NCBI GenBank assembly: GCA_032718475.1
Contig: JAUCBJ010002054.1
Span: 1 to 64,000 of the forward strand
From: Nemertoderma westbladi
Lineage: Eukaryota; Animalia; Xenacoelomorpha
Direction: 5' to 3'
Length of the DNA: 64,000 nt
Shown: piece after piece, positions 9,792 to 22,051 of the stretch
Numbering within the stretch: position 1 is the first letter of the stretch
Layout: the number at the start of each line of letters is the position of its first letter
The notes under the pieces: generated by a model
What the model saw: the letters and a program-made list of their open reading frames with translations, nothing else
What the model was told of the DNA's origin: nothing
Databases searched by the model: none
Translations under genes and position numbers: made by a program

Positions 9792-11148
9792 TTGGACTGT
9801 AGAAAATTTACCGCTCGCTGTACGCATCGTAATGGTATGTATATGGACTTCTTAACTACTGGTCATCCTATCGACCTACACGATACGAACGATATAGACA
9901 CCAAAAGGGAAATGGTTTTATTTAAATATCCTACCCAGCGGAAGCGGAACGATAAACTGAAACTCGAACACGAAAATTCTATTCGAAACCGACTCGAAAG
10001 TGCAGATGTTGAAGAGCCGGATAAACGCAGCGACTTCACCAAATACGTGGAATTCTTGAGAGAAACCTATCTCGATATTACCAGTCAACAGAATCTAGAA
10101 ACTCGATATCCTCAAGGTATACCTCATGACCGCATGGTGGAACTCAAACGGCTCTATTCCACTATGATGTATCTTACCGCCGATCGATCGCTACCTGTTG
10201 TACCGGATGGCTTCGAACGGATGGAGGAATATTGTAAGCTGGAGAAAGATCACTCGCGTTTCCCCTACAAGACGTGCGTTTTTGGTATTATTGCGATGAA
10301 TGCCCAAGACCCAACCAACAAACGGAAAGACATAAACATCCGCGGAGACGTTGCTTTAAACACGGTTTTACTCGCTATACTTACGAGAGTTTCGAGCGAA
10401 ACTTGTTCGATGTATCACCTACGCTCGTTCGACTCAGACGATCCTTAAATAAACCAATGATCAGAGTTTCGGAATACTCGATCAGAACTCCTCATTCCCT
10501 AGTGAGACTTCAGACTCTTGATCCTATTAGTATGACGGATCCTCCCGAGCTGTACTCACTGCTCAAAGATCTAGTGTTACCTGAACAATTAGTCGGTGGC
10601 ACCCCAGTTGTGGGCTTCCTAGATATTAGCCCATTCTACCTAGCCGGATTGGGACGCGGACATTTAATATCGCCGTTTAACCCTTACCATCGTCCCGGCT
10701 TAACACGATATAACCTGTCACCAAAGTGGCGGAGAACGTTGTACCAAACGAGTTAAACGCTATTCTACAAAGATCAGAAAGGAAACCTGCGTTTGTTCAG
10801 ATAAACGTAAGTTGTAACAGCAAGTCCAAGCGATAAACGAATTGTCTTTATCTCAGTTCGATTGTGAAATCCAGAATCTCTAAGAAGATATCGAACTTAG
10901 ACAACCCCATTCTCTGCGAGAGTTTTGGATGGACGTATCCAGCTACGGGCGGAGGAAAATCAGCTCGAGGAGAAGCATATCGAAACGGCGGATACCCCGA
11001 CCATAATCCTACACCTTCTGATGCAATCATATTGCACCCTTCACCCAGGATTTATAGCCCTCCTAGTAAAGTGGCTCGCCCCAAAGAGAAAAGGACTCTT
11101 GCTAGCCTCAAAAAACTGCGTAAACGCCGTCTGCGTAAGAAAGACTAA
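9792..11148 (+). pseudogene. Decayed extra ORF between pol remnant and 3' LTR of E1 (possible inactive DEDDy-exonuclease homologue)
   Basis: Fragmented ORFs 9792-10448, 10274-10756 and 10864-11148. Segments GIIAMNAQ, NTVLLAIL..MYHL, PPELYSLLKD and GFLDISPFY occur in the same order as the exonuclease motifs of the E4 extra ORF. Confidence 0.5.
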
Positions 11149-11226
11149 CTGTTTAGAGTATCTTTATATTTTAGAAACTGTGATTTGTTATATTTTATAG
11201 ACTTAAATCCCATTTTCTGGGAGCGG

Positions 11227-12392
11227 TGTAAAAGCTTTTGCGTAATTAGCCGGTTATTTTCCCCGTAAAGTACTCTGTAGTTGGTTTACTGGGCATAAAA
11301 AGGCCGTGTCCTTACTGTACTGGTGTTTTAGAGGACATAAAAGCCATTTCTTCTGTATTTGTACTTTAGAGGACATAATCCGCAATTTCGGGACGCAATA
11401 AGCTCGATACTCTTGAAAACAGTGTCGCTACCATGACGACGGCTAACAGCTGATATTGCCACGTCGACATTTCTTTGTTTCTTTGTTCTCTCGTTGTTCG
11501 GTCGACCAATCAGAGCGTTTTTTGTCTCTGTGTTGGAGGTGGATACAGAAATTCAGGAATTCAGTGTTATGTTTTTGCCCAGAGCCTAAGAACACCGGCT
11601 TTTGGCACCTCCGTGTTTCAGTCTTTAGTCTTACATTAGTAGGCTTAATTATAGAACGTATATCTGTTATCGAGTTAACGAGTTACCTTATCAATGCTTA
11701 CTAAACATATCATGCATATCTTACTTAACATTACTGCTTTTGCTGTCGGTTATTCATTATATTTGTTGATGGAAGATTATATTTGGAATACTGATCAATA
11801 GTCAGACACCCAACCTTCTTGATATACTAAAGGTTAGAGAGACCGGTTACAGATAAACGATTGCGACCTATGTTAAGTGGTTTGAAGTGAATCTAATGCT
11901 ATTTTATAGGCCCTACATGTATTGTCTGTTATTCTCTTTGTATGTGACTAAAATTAGTGAAGGTCGGCAGATTGGTGTGCAGCATTGTGCAGCATTGTGT
12001 ATGATTGTGACTGATAACAAAGCATCTCCTAAAGAATGCGCCATATACGTGAATCTATAGCCATCTCATTGCGTCTGGTTTAAGTCATAACTCTGTTTAC
12101 ATATTTAGAGCGCCACGTCCTAAAGGAACTGTTAATATTTCCCGAAAGTGAATAATATTTGTCAGAGATTATATATTGCGATCAGTCGAATAATACAGTA
12201 GGCTTACACCATCAATCATTAAGCTTCCGAATTCAGTCTCCCGGGTATATCCAGCGGGTGAATGATTGCACATAGACTGGCTTCGGCTAATCTAGTGTAT
12301 CAAATACTCGTCATAGGCTAAAGACTATCTATCATCTAGAAGACATCCTAATTTGGCAGGTTAAACTGTCAAAGGTCTTAAAAGCGCAAACA
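11227..12392 (+). repeat. 3' LTR of E1
   Basis: Near-identical to 27-1192 (offset 11200), followed by TSD GCAGC. Confidence 0.96.
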
Positions 12393-12709
12393 GCAGCTTT
12401 AATTAAAACAAATGTAAACCTGATATATAATTATAATATTATGGAATTCTGCGAAATTTGTTATAGCTATGATGCTTGAGTAGATGTTATTTTGAGGTGA
12501 AGACAAGAAAATAATGCTACAGCCGCCGCCACTATACTGTGATCAGAATAATATTTGGCCTAAATAATGTATAATAAGTATTGCGGCACAAGAGAGTAAT
12601 TTTCATCTTTCAAGGGAAACTCAATTACATAATTACAAGCACAACCTTAAATCAATATTTGGGTTTAACAGACACCATCAAAATAATGTTGATGATTATT
12701 AAGATTTGC

Positions 12710-13030
12710 TCAGAGAATCATATGCACTGTGTTCCTATTGGGTAGTATGTTTTGATACTTCGATTCTGATATGAAGAGATAATGTACAATATCACTAATG
12801 GCAAATAAAGGCCATTGAATTTTGTAAATAATTCCGGACCTTTTCAGCATTTCATGCTGATGATGAACAGCTTTGCGAATAACACAACAGTGAATAATTA
12901 GAAGACCGTTAGGACTTCTTACTGTAAAAGTATTCACTATCTTTCTATGTATCTATATTGGTGAACTCATCCGAACCTATAGCTCGTCCATCATATTCTT
13001 GCTTTTCACCGTTATACTGGTAGCAAGTAT
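12710..13030 (-). pseudogene. Possible highly decayed hAT-like transposase fragment
   Basis: Frameshifted peptides QEYDGRA..DEF and PNGLLIIHCC loosely resemble the hAT YDG and P..IHC motifs. Weak. Confidence 0.25.
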
Positions 13031-13776
13031 GCAGTATGTGGTTGTTTGTGGTGTATGCCATGTAATTCGTTAACAGGCAGAAGATATACATACTACATGG
13101 CAATGATACGGATGGGGCGAAAATACACTTTTTTTAAAACGCTTATAAAAAAAATTTAAAGGCGAAATCGAAAATTCCGGCTTCATGGTAACAACCACGG
13201 TGAATTGAACTAGTTGTGTTTCAAATTTCAAGCAATATGATAAGATTTGTAGAAAAAAAAATTTTTTTTGGGGGGGGGGTCCGTGTCATCAGAAAATGGC
13301 ACAATATTACGGGACATGGTGTAATCAATTAATATTTGCAATTGCGTTTTAACAACAAGATTTTCAGCAATTATTTAGTGCGGAGGTGATCGAAAATAAC
13401 TTCAGACGATGACACCACAGCGTTGGTGCCATATCGAACACCCAATGGAATGTTTGTAATACATAACGAGATTGGGAATGGGAATACACTACAGGTAGAT
13501 ATTGTCGCCGTTAATGGTATATAACACCAGCGGGATTAAATAGCAGAAATGGAACAAATGCGGTTGCGGATAAAATGGTAAAAGGTGTTCATGCGGTACA
13601 GAAGAAACGTGGTCATTATTAGGAAAATATTTGCCAATTTATTTTTGAAAAGAAAATAAATTGCCTTTGTTTAACTTCATCCATAAGCGAGAGCCTTTCT
13701 CACCCTTCTGCTTCATTTCCTAAACATCTCATTAATAATGTATTGATTAGTAAATAAAAATAATAGTTTAACCTAC

Positions 13777-16700
13777 CTCACTCGTATTGCCTTCATAGGA
13801 CACCGCTATGTTGTCGTCGACAACCTCAGTAACAGACTCATCTACTGAACTCCATGTAGTGGCGGTGGCCGCCGTCTGGGGTCTATGTGAATCACCGGAA
13901 CGACCGCTAGATGGCAATGCAAAGGTAACGTCTCTTTCGGCTCGACCCAACGGACTAGCTGTCTTACATTGGATATCCTTAGTAAACCTGTAAAATATTG
14001 TAGTCTATTGTAATAGGCCCACTGTAATATTGTAACAAACCTCATTATTTTTTACCAATCAGTACATCCATCCATCCACTGTAATATTGTAACAAACCTC
14101 ATTATTTTTCAACCAATCAGTACATCCCTTCTTTGTACTACTGTAACAAACCTCATTATTCTTTGACCTATTAGTACATCCCTCCACTGTAATACTGTTA
14201 CAAACCCCTTTCTATTTTGACCAATCAGTACAATAGTACATCCCTTGTAAAACTGTAACAAACCTCCTTATCGTTTGAGCAATCAAACCATCTTTCCATT
14301 CCAAAGTATTTGGGTTAACTTCACCGTATAGCTCATTAAGTTGCACGCATTTGGGATTAATAACAACACAGTCAACGTGTCCCTTCTTTCTAGAATGCTG
14401 AAACGGAAAATAATATTTTGGATGGGACCAGCTTTTCTATTTTAGAAATTTCGATTGGAATTTTTCGTTTTACATGTTGGTTTTAATTTATATGTACGTA
14501 ATACATATATTAATTAATTAATGTTAGTCATTAGGGTGTAATAATATTACAACACACAAATACAATATCAGACATAATGTAACTTTTTTGCATTAAGAGC
14601 TTTCGCATAATTTTGTATAAAGTGTTGAACATGTTGGATCAGTTTTTTCGAGTTTGATACTCACTCAACATAATTGCACTATTCACAAATTCATGCAATT
14701 ATTGTTACACAAAAACTTTAATTGGCCATCATATTATTTTAATAACAAATTAAATCATTCGTTAAATTATCTTACCTTTTTTAATGTAGAATAATGAAAG
14801 CTGAAAGAAATAAAACTATTCATGTGGGTAGACTTACTAAATGGGCCAATGTTTCTGAGCTGTCGTCGGCAGTGACTGCCGGTAGGAATGTTAACGCCCG
14901 TTGTAGAATTGTTCGCACTGTGGACTTGCCACCACATGTAGGCCCAACCATCATGATACCGTGGCGAACCAATATCTGACTGTACAACTGCTTCACTTTA
15001 TCTTTCTGAGTTTTCCATTCTTCTAGACGTAGATCATGTATAGCTAGGTCGATCGCTTTCTATATTGAATACATTAGGAATAAAAACTTCCGTCTGAAAT
15101 AGGTTCTTAATTGCAATATAAGTATTATATTATTTACGCGGCTATATAATTAGTATTAGTAATTATATAACAAAGCGGCGAAAAAAAAAAAATAATCAAT
15201 AATAATGAAATAAAATAAAATAAAAAACTTAAAGTATAAATAAATCAATTGCGACCTTTGCTTAATTTCAGTATAACTGTCATTACTAATTATCCTTCAA
15301 TACCGGTAGCTACGCTATCACCCGTGTAGCACTGACGTCTAATTCTTATTTCTCCGACGGGTTTCGTAGTGTAGTGGTTATCACATCTGCCTAACACGCA
15401 GAAGGTCCTGGGTTCGAGACCCAGCGAAACCATTGGTTATAATTTTGTATCGAGACAATACATGTTTTGTTCACACGTTTTTGTTGTTAACAGGTCGTTT
15501 TAAAAAAAATATTATTTTATTATGTATATAAAAAAATTAATTACATTTAAATAAATGATATAAATCTTTAAAGACGTACATCTAATAAAGTTGTCTCCTC
15601 CAAAGGAATGTCGACTCCCGGAAACAAATCATCCATGATTCTGTCCATAAGAACCACATCGTCAGCTATCATCTTTGGTACATTGCTTTCTCTAAGGGCC
15701 TTGATCAATAAATGCACCTCGTCTACCCCTTTGTCGCCTCGCGATTTCGCTTTCAGTTGCCCGGCTAATACCAGAACGCTCTTTACCGATCTCATCCCAA
15801 AGTCGTAGTGATCCTAAGTAAAACATAAGCGTTTCCTCATTATTATTATTATTCAGGTATCGTTTGAGCATAATTCTCAGTAATTTTCGAGTCATTATTT
15901 TGATAATGACAACTTTTGCTGTTTCATTTAAAAGGTATATGACTTTAAATAATATATATTTATTTAATTTAAGTAGGGCCTAGGGTAAATAAATACATTT
16001 ATATCAACCTGACCAATACAACGCCGCAATATTACTGATAATATTTACATTCTAGAACTAATGAACAATTATTTACAGATGTTATTATTATTAATTTCTA
16101 CTCTATTTCCGATACTACACCTTTTACAATTACGATTTAGTATTATTGTTCTAATAGGCCTAATATTCAATATAATTGCGGAAACTAAGTACTTAATAAC
16201 TATAACAATGTTTATTGTCAATATTATTCAGAATTACTACTACTACTAGGTCGAGCGAACTCGGACAGTGGAAATGAGATCCTTTCAGGCTTCCCGATTC
16301 TGCATAGTTGTAGCAATTTCGTTTCTGCCAAGTTCAGTATCCCTTTCAAGTTGATCTATATATGTTATGGTCGGTCGTCCACGACTACGCTTTCCATGAG
16401 TTGGTTGCCAGAGAAGTAGATCTGGTATGACCTCGTCTTTACTTCGCCAGCAGTGTCCACTGAATCTTAATCTGCGTTCAAGGAGGTGGTTGATACAGGT
16501 GGTATTGTACCATAAAGCTCGGCGTTGGTCATGTGTTGTCTCCAGCTGATGTTTAGGGCTGCCCTTAGTAGTCTTGTGTAGCAACCATCAATTCGGTAAG
16601 CAATTTTGTTATTGTCTCACACCGTAATATCCTTGATTCATAATATTAATGAATATTCATTGCTTGCATGAACTTCAAACAGGAAATATGAAAAGCCTGC

Positions 16701-19700
16701 AGAATCAGTGGTTCTCTTAATCTCCATAATCCCATAGTTATCTCTCGAATCGTGAATAACAATTTTAAATTCAACTAAATTTTTAAACTCCGCGCAGAGA
16801 CAGGTTTATCAATCTAAAAATGTGCTCACCTTATTTACCATGTCCAAGGTGTATCTATTAATATTATAATATATATTTTATTAATAAAATCATTTATACC
16901 AACTCACTTGTTTGGATAGTTGATTGCTCGCCAGATGGTAGAGATTTACGTATAATATTTATTTTATTAATAAACTCATTTTTACCAACTCACCTGTTTG
17001 GACAGTTGATTGCTCGCCAGATGGTAGAGATTTACGTATAATATTTATTTTATTAATAAAATCATTTATACCAACTCACTTGTTTGGACAGTTGATTGCT
17101 CGCCAGATGGTAGAGATTTACGTATAATATTGATTTTATTAATAAAATCATTTATACCAACTCACTTGTTTGGACAGTTGATTGCTCGCCAGATGGTAGA
17201 GATTTACGTATAATATTGATTTTATTAATAAAATCATTTATACCAACTCACTTGTTTGGACAGTTGATTGCTCGCCAGATGGTAGAGATTTACGTATAAT
17301 ATTTATTTTATTAATAAACTCATTTATACCAACTCACTTGTTTGGACAGTTGATTGCTCGCTAGATGGTAGAGATTTACGTATAATATTTATTTTATTAA
17401 TAAACTCATTTATACCAACTCACTTGTTTGGACAGTTGATTGCTCGCCAGATGGTAGAGATTTACGTATAATATTTATTTTATTAATAAAATCATTTATA
17501 CCAACTCACTTGTTTGGACAGTTGATTGCTCGCCAGATGGTAGAGATTTACGTATAATATTGATTTTATTAATAAAATCATTTATACCAACTCACTTGTT
17601 TGGACAGTTGATTGCTCGCCAGATGGTAGAGATTTACGTATAATATTGATTTTATTAATAAAATCATTTATACCAACTCACTTGTTTGGACAGTTGATTG
17701 CTCGCCAGATGGTAGAGATTTACGTATAATATTTATTTTATTAATAAACTCATTTATACCAACTCACTTGTTTGGACAGTTGATTGCTCGCCAGATGGTA
17801 GAGATTTACGTATAATATTTATTTTATTAATAAACTCATTTATACCAACTCACTTGTTTGGACAGTTGATTGCTCGCCAGATGGTAGAGATTTACGTATA
17901 ATATTTATTTTATTAATAAACTCATTTATACCAACTCACTTGTTTGGACAGTTGATTGCTCGCCAGATGGTAGAGATTTACGTATAATATATATTTTATT
18001 AATAAACTAATTTATACCAACTCACTTGTTTGGACAGTTGATTGCTCGCCAGATGGTAGAGATTTACGATCTTTCTGGAAAGTACTTTAGCCGCTTCGAA
18101 CCCCACGGAGAACAGCATAATCTCTGCGATAAGGTTGTAGTCAGGCATTGTCATAGCAACCGGCCGAAATAATGACTTTAAGTTGTCTGGAAGTTCAACT
18201 CGACCAGCGTATCTGTAAACATGGTAAATGTTTTGTGAAATAACAAAAAAATAGAGCTTAAAAATACGATTGCCTGTTAGCATTGTAATGGAGAAGAGTT
18301 CCGGAATGTAATCAAGTTGTAATAGATTGAGATTTGGAGTATGAAATTTCACTTGAAAATTGACATTAAAGTAAAAATTTAAAACGTCAAATTGATTATT
18401 AAATGTTAAACAGAAATGTTCATTACTCGTCTGATTGTTTGCAACGAGTAGATTGGTTTCGAACTCGGGAACTGAAAGTAAATATTGAACCATCTGTACC
18501 CCCTTGTACAGTGTACCGGTATTGGGCTCAAACTGCCCATGCTCCATTCCTACAGAAGCTACTGGATTATGGGTCAGAGTAAAACGCGGATCCGGATCCG
18601 TATTCTAAATTTAACATTGTCCCAACGGAAGTAGATTTTTTTTACATTTTTATAACTCCCAAAAATAAAACTATAACCTGTTCTAATGACTTAGTTTATT
18701 GCTTTGGTTAAAATAACGTGCCATTGTAACCTGCTCCTTTCCCTTAATTAATAATTTTGGGATCCGGATCCGGATCCGTGTTTTATTCCTGGATTATGAC
18801 CCACATCATAATGTTACCTGTAGCAACATAATCTACATTATGTTCTGCCAACGGATAGAATATATATTATGTCAATTTTCTAATAATAATATAAATTAAC
18901 ATTTTTAAGTTTCATTAAGCCAGACCAAATGTAATATTTGAAATAAAACAAAAACACTCACCCTGGATTCATTGTAACAAATACCCCACAGGAATGGTTG
19001 AGTTTAATGTCCTTGGACTCGAATATAAACCTCGAGCTGCCCAGCTCTTTGGCCGCCTTTATCGATTGAACCTGCTGGGCGATTACCGACAGAACTTCCT
19101 GATCTATCCGATTAAACTCATCGAAACAACACCAGTTCCCAGACTGAGCCAACCCACTCAGTAACTTACCCATCATCTGGGGAAAACATTTAAGGTATTG
19201 TTAAGATCAGAGACGATACGAGGTACAGTTCTAAATATAAATCTAAATAAAAGCATTAAAAAAACATGCAGTATTTAACTACTTAATTAATATATATTTA
19301 TTTAAGAAACTTAAACCTACCGACATTTCAATTTTACGAAATATCACAACCTTGTGTCTTTACTTACCTTGTAATCAACCCCTTCAGAGCAGTTATAAAC
19401 AACACAAAGTTTGCCCACCGCCTTGGCAAGGTCTTTTACTGTTTCAGTTTTCCCGGTACCAGCAGGTCCCGCCGGTGATCCTCCCAGATTATGGTATAAA
19501 GCGCCTACAATGAATTTAAACAGCAGCGAATATTATCTTTACATGACAATTATAAAAGATGTGCAAACTTACATGGGGTGTGACAATCAATTTGGGTGCT
19601 AAGGAATAGGCGCGTAAGTGCCCATTGCGTGAATAACTAACCCGTTAAGGTCAAATAACACCTGTCGGTTAGTGGTGTAACAACGAGTCTGGAAGAGCAC

Positions 19701-21117
19701 CCCAAGTACTCGTAACCATACTGAAACCTCCAGAAACTCTGACAGACATTCAATAAGTGATCCTTGTCGTTCCATTCGTAACGAAGTTGTCTGAAACAAA
19801 ACATAATCTTAGCCACCTAAATTGTGTTCATACAGTACAGTATGAACCGGTGACTGTTGTTACTGTAGTTTGGTATGTTGTAGGCCTACAGCATGTTTAG
19901 TAGCAAACCACTCACCTCGTCCAGTTGAAATCATTATAGTCAGACACTTTGCTATCGATGAGGTTGCTTATCACATCGCGGTTGTGTACCGAAATCGTTA
20001 GAAGTGCCTCTACTTTCATTCTCTAAATATTTAAAATAGTAAACAATTAAATGAGTTTGAACAACAACAATAAGGGTAGGTGTAAAACGCGGATCCGGAT
20101 TCCAAAATTTATCATTTAAGGGAAAGGAGCAGGTTACAGCGGCACGTTATTTTAACCAAAACAATAAACTAAAGTAAATAGAACAGGTTATAGTTTTATT
20201 TTTGGTAGTTACAAAAATGTTATAAAAATCGACTTCCGTAGGGACAATGTTAAATGTAGAATCCGGATCCGGATCCGCGTTTTACTCTGACCTCAACAAT
20301 AATATTAAGTAAAAAGAAAACACATTAAATCGAGTGACAACCCAAAATTATTTAGAAGGAATTGCTATACAAGAAAATTATTTTAGCGAATTTGACAAAA
20401 TCTATTTATTATATTTTATATTATTGACAAAATTATCTCCTAAGGAAGAAAGGGAAATGTAGGGGGGAGCATCACAAAGAAAGATAACCGGAAAACAGCG
20501 ACCGCAAAAATTCAAAGTTAGCAATTTATTGAAATTGACCGAAAAACAGCAACCGCTAAAATTAAATGTTAGCATTTATTGAAATTACAGTAACATTTAA
20601 CACAATGTTTCCCATAATAAAACATCATGTAAAACATCATGTTTTACATTTCGCCAAGCAAATTGCGATTTCTCCAATAAATATGCACTTACGGCATGTA
20701 GCACTAAAGGTTCTAATACCAGAGCAGCTAGTCCAGTCAGAACTGATCTTATATGATCAAACTCTTCCTTCATCTGCACCTCGGAGTCATCGGCTAACAA
20801 CGCTGACGTCACACTTCCACTGAAGGTCAGCTGAGTCTAAACAAAGTAAATATTATAGAAATGTTACAAAGTCATTGTGGATGTTAAACTGCAATCTAAT
20901 ATTGTAATAGAATTTAATAAAGACAAAGGGCTATATTAATGAATGATAACTTACAATCGCAATTACAATTTGACCATGATTGTTAAGTACCCATTGTATA
21001 TATTCTTTGTTGTCGTAGGAGTGCAGACCTTGACGTGTCGATTTCTTAATTGCATCAAACATGGCGTTCTCTGTGTTTAATAACCACTGTTCCACTGGTC
21101 CACGCGCTCGCACATTC
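13777..21117 (-). CDS. DNAH14: Axonemal dynein heavy chain (DNAH14-like), internal exons only
   Basis: Phase-consistent exons with GT/AG ends: 20955-21117, 20693-20836, 19916-20022, 19642-19790, 19368-19504 (P1 Walker A GPAGTGKT), 18962-19176 (CCFDEFNR), 18026-18212, 15580-15813 (DHYDFGMR), 14838-15059 (P2 GPTCGGKS), 14264-14397 ([13 protein letters not shown]), 13777-13987. Dynein identity is firm; the DNAH14 call rests on recalled similarity ([14 protein letters not shown], insertion after TIRRF) and is less certain. Confidence 0.88.
14018..14270 (-). repeat. ~55-bp degenerate tandem repeat (about 5 units) starting at a dynein exon donor site
   Basis: Repeated GAGGTTTGTTACA..GATGTACTGATTGG on the minus strand; the first copy spans the AG|GTTTGT donor at 14264/14263. 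Confidence 0.8.
15360..15432 (+). tRNA. tRNA-Val (AAC)
   Basis: 73 nt; acceptor stem GGTTTCG/CGAAACC, anticodon arm TCTGC-CTAACAC-GCAGA, T arm CTGGG-TTCGAGA-CCCAG; TTTT about 10 nt downstream. Lies in a dynein intron. Confidence 0.95.
16234..16610 (-). mobile_element. 5'-truncated RTE-type LINE 3' end
   Basis: Frameshifted C-terminal RT-region peptide ([27 protein letters not shown]) followed by a (TAG)n tail. Confidence 0.85.
16864..18068 (-). repeat. 86-bp tandem array (14 units) made of a dynein exon 3' end plus its donor site
   Basis: AACTCAC recurs every 86 bp from 16901 to 18019. Each unit is about 43 nt of exon end ([14 protein letters not shown]), then GTGAGT and AT-rich intron. Confidence 0.95.
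18571..18788. mobile_element. MITE with 9-bp TSD (Mutator-like)
   Basis: Terminal inverted TAAAACGCGGATCCGGATCC motifs; TSD CTGGATTAT at 18562-18570 and 18789-18797. Confidence 0.85.
20074..20293. mobile_element. Second copy of the same MITE, inverted relative to the first
   Basis: Reverse-complement match to 18571-18788; TSD CAACAATAA at 20065-20073 and 20294-20302. Confidence 0.85.
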
Positions 21118-21628
21118 CTAAAATTGAATTATTAATATTTATTGTTTATAGTGGTCAATTTTCCAGAAGAGTCTGTGAGAGCATACTCAAGCATTAATCA
21201 CATACAAGGCAAAAAAACATAAAAAAACTTAGGATAAAAGTTTACATTCAAAAAATACTTCATGAAGAGAAAGATCACGAGAAATATCTCAACAAAATAC
21301 AGGAAACATACTCCAAATAAAATAAACTCCAAATAAAATTATTACTCGGTAATTAGGCTGGTTATGCATGCTAAAGATTAAATGCAGTGCAGTGATAATG
21401 TAATATCCTGTTTGATTAATTGCCTGGTGGGTATAATTCTCGCCCCCAAATTGAATGGCTCAAATAATCCCCATATATATGTAATAATTAAATAAATTAG
21501 AATAAGATGACAAATTCCAACATCATGATGTCCTTCACACAACACTCAGCAGGGAACGAATGCAATGAGAGCTAATTAGTGGATAATAACATTACAAAAA
21601 TTGAGAATAGTTTGCGAAATTAAACCAG

Positions 21629-21704
21629 CCAATGGCTGCGGTTTGTGATGGCAGATTTTTTATATACCGACTCGTTATTGGTTAATGGTAACTAATCTCA
21701 TTGG
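21629..21704 (+). promoter_or_regulatory. Cluster of three CCAAT boxes upstream of the engrailed-like ATG
   Basis: CCAAT at 21629-21633, ATTGG at 21677-21681 and 21700-21704; 170-240 bp upstream of ATG 21871. Confidence 0.45.
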
Positions 21705-21870
21705 TCAAAGGCACTGAAGCCAAAAAAGTTTTAGAATTGATCAAAATTAGTTGTTAGGAAAAAGTTGTGAGATTGTATTTAAAACTCTGAAAGGTTGCTA
21801 TTTTTTCCGATAGTGGAAAAGGGTTACGGAATTAATTGAAGACAAGAAACATGCAGGTTTAAGTTTCATT

Positions 21871-22051
21871 ATGGAGAGAGAAACGTTGATTTATAAGGAA
21901 TATCCACCGATCCAGTCGCCATGTGAAGAGGATCCGGATCATAACGATGGAATAAATTCTTGGAAATACATCGACAAAACAGAAAGAGAAAGTAACTGCT
22001 GCGGTGATGAGCTTCCTTATTCAATTGAGAGTATCCTTCGTCCGGACTTCG
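21871..22051 (+). CDS. en: Engrailed-class gene, coding exon 1 (EH1 repressor motif)
   Basis: Ends in PYSIESILRPDF-G, matching engrailed EH1 (F.IdnILRPdFG), followed by a G|GTAAG donor in phase 1. Confidence 0.85.

Larger units (their letters stand above)
27..12392 (+). mobile_element. BEL/Pao LTR retrotransposon E1, non-autonomous (Gag-protease only), full length with TSD
   Basis: Two 1166-bp direct repeats with TG...CA ends (27-1192, 11227-12392), 5-bp TSD GCAGC (22-26, 12393-12397), PPT-like GGGAGCGG at 11219-11226, internal BEL-type Gag/PR ORF. Confidence 0.96.

Noticed and set aside
13094-13325. Possible MITE with ATGATACGGA/TCCGTGTCAT inverted ends
   Set aside because: Short imperfect match, no TSD and no second copy in the window.
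14776-14800. 25-bp candidate dynein micro-exon with good splice signals
   Set aside because: Would need a 37-nt intron and breaks the phase; the flanking exons join in frame without it.
15430-15432. Apparent genome-encoded CCA on tRNA-Val
   Set aside because: The CC is the 3' side of the acceptor stem and the A is the discriminator base.
16864-18068. Regular repeat array resembling a CRISPR
   Set aside because: Units are contiguous with no unique spacers, derive from a dynein exon end, and the context is eukaryotic with no cas genes.
17999-18547. 182-aa ORF as a stand-alone gene
   Set aside because: Only 18026-18212 is dynein exon; the rest is open intron.
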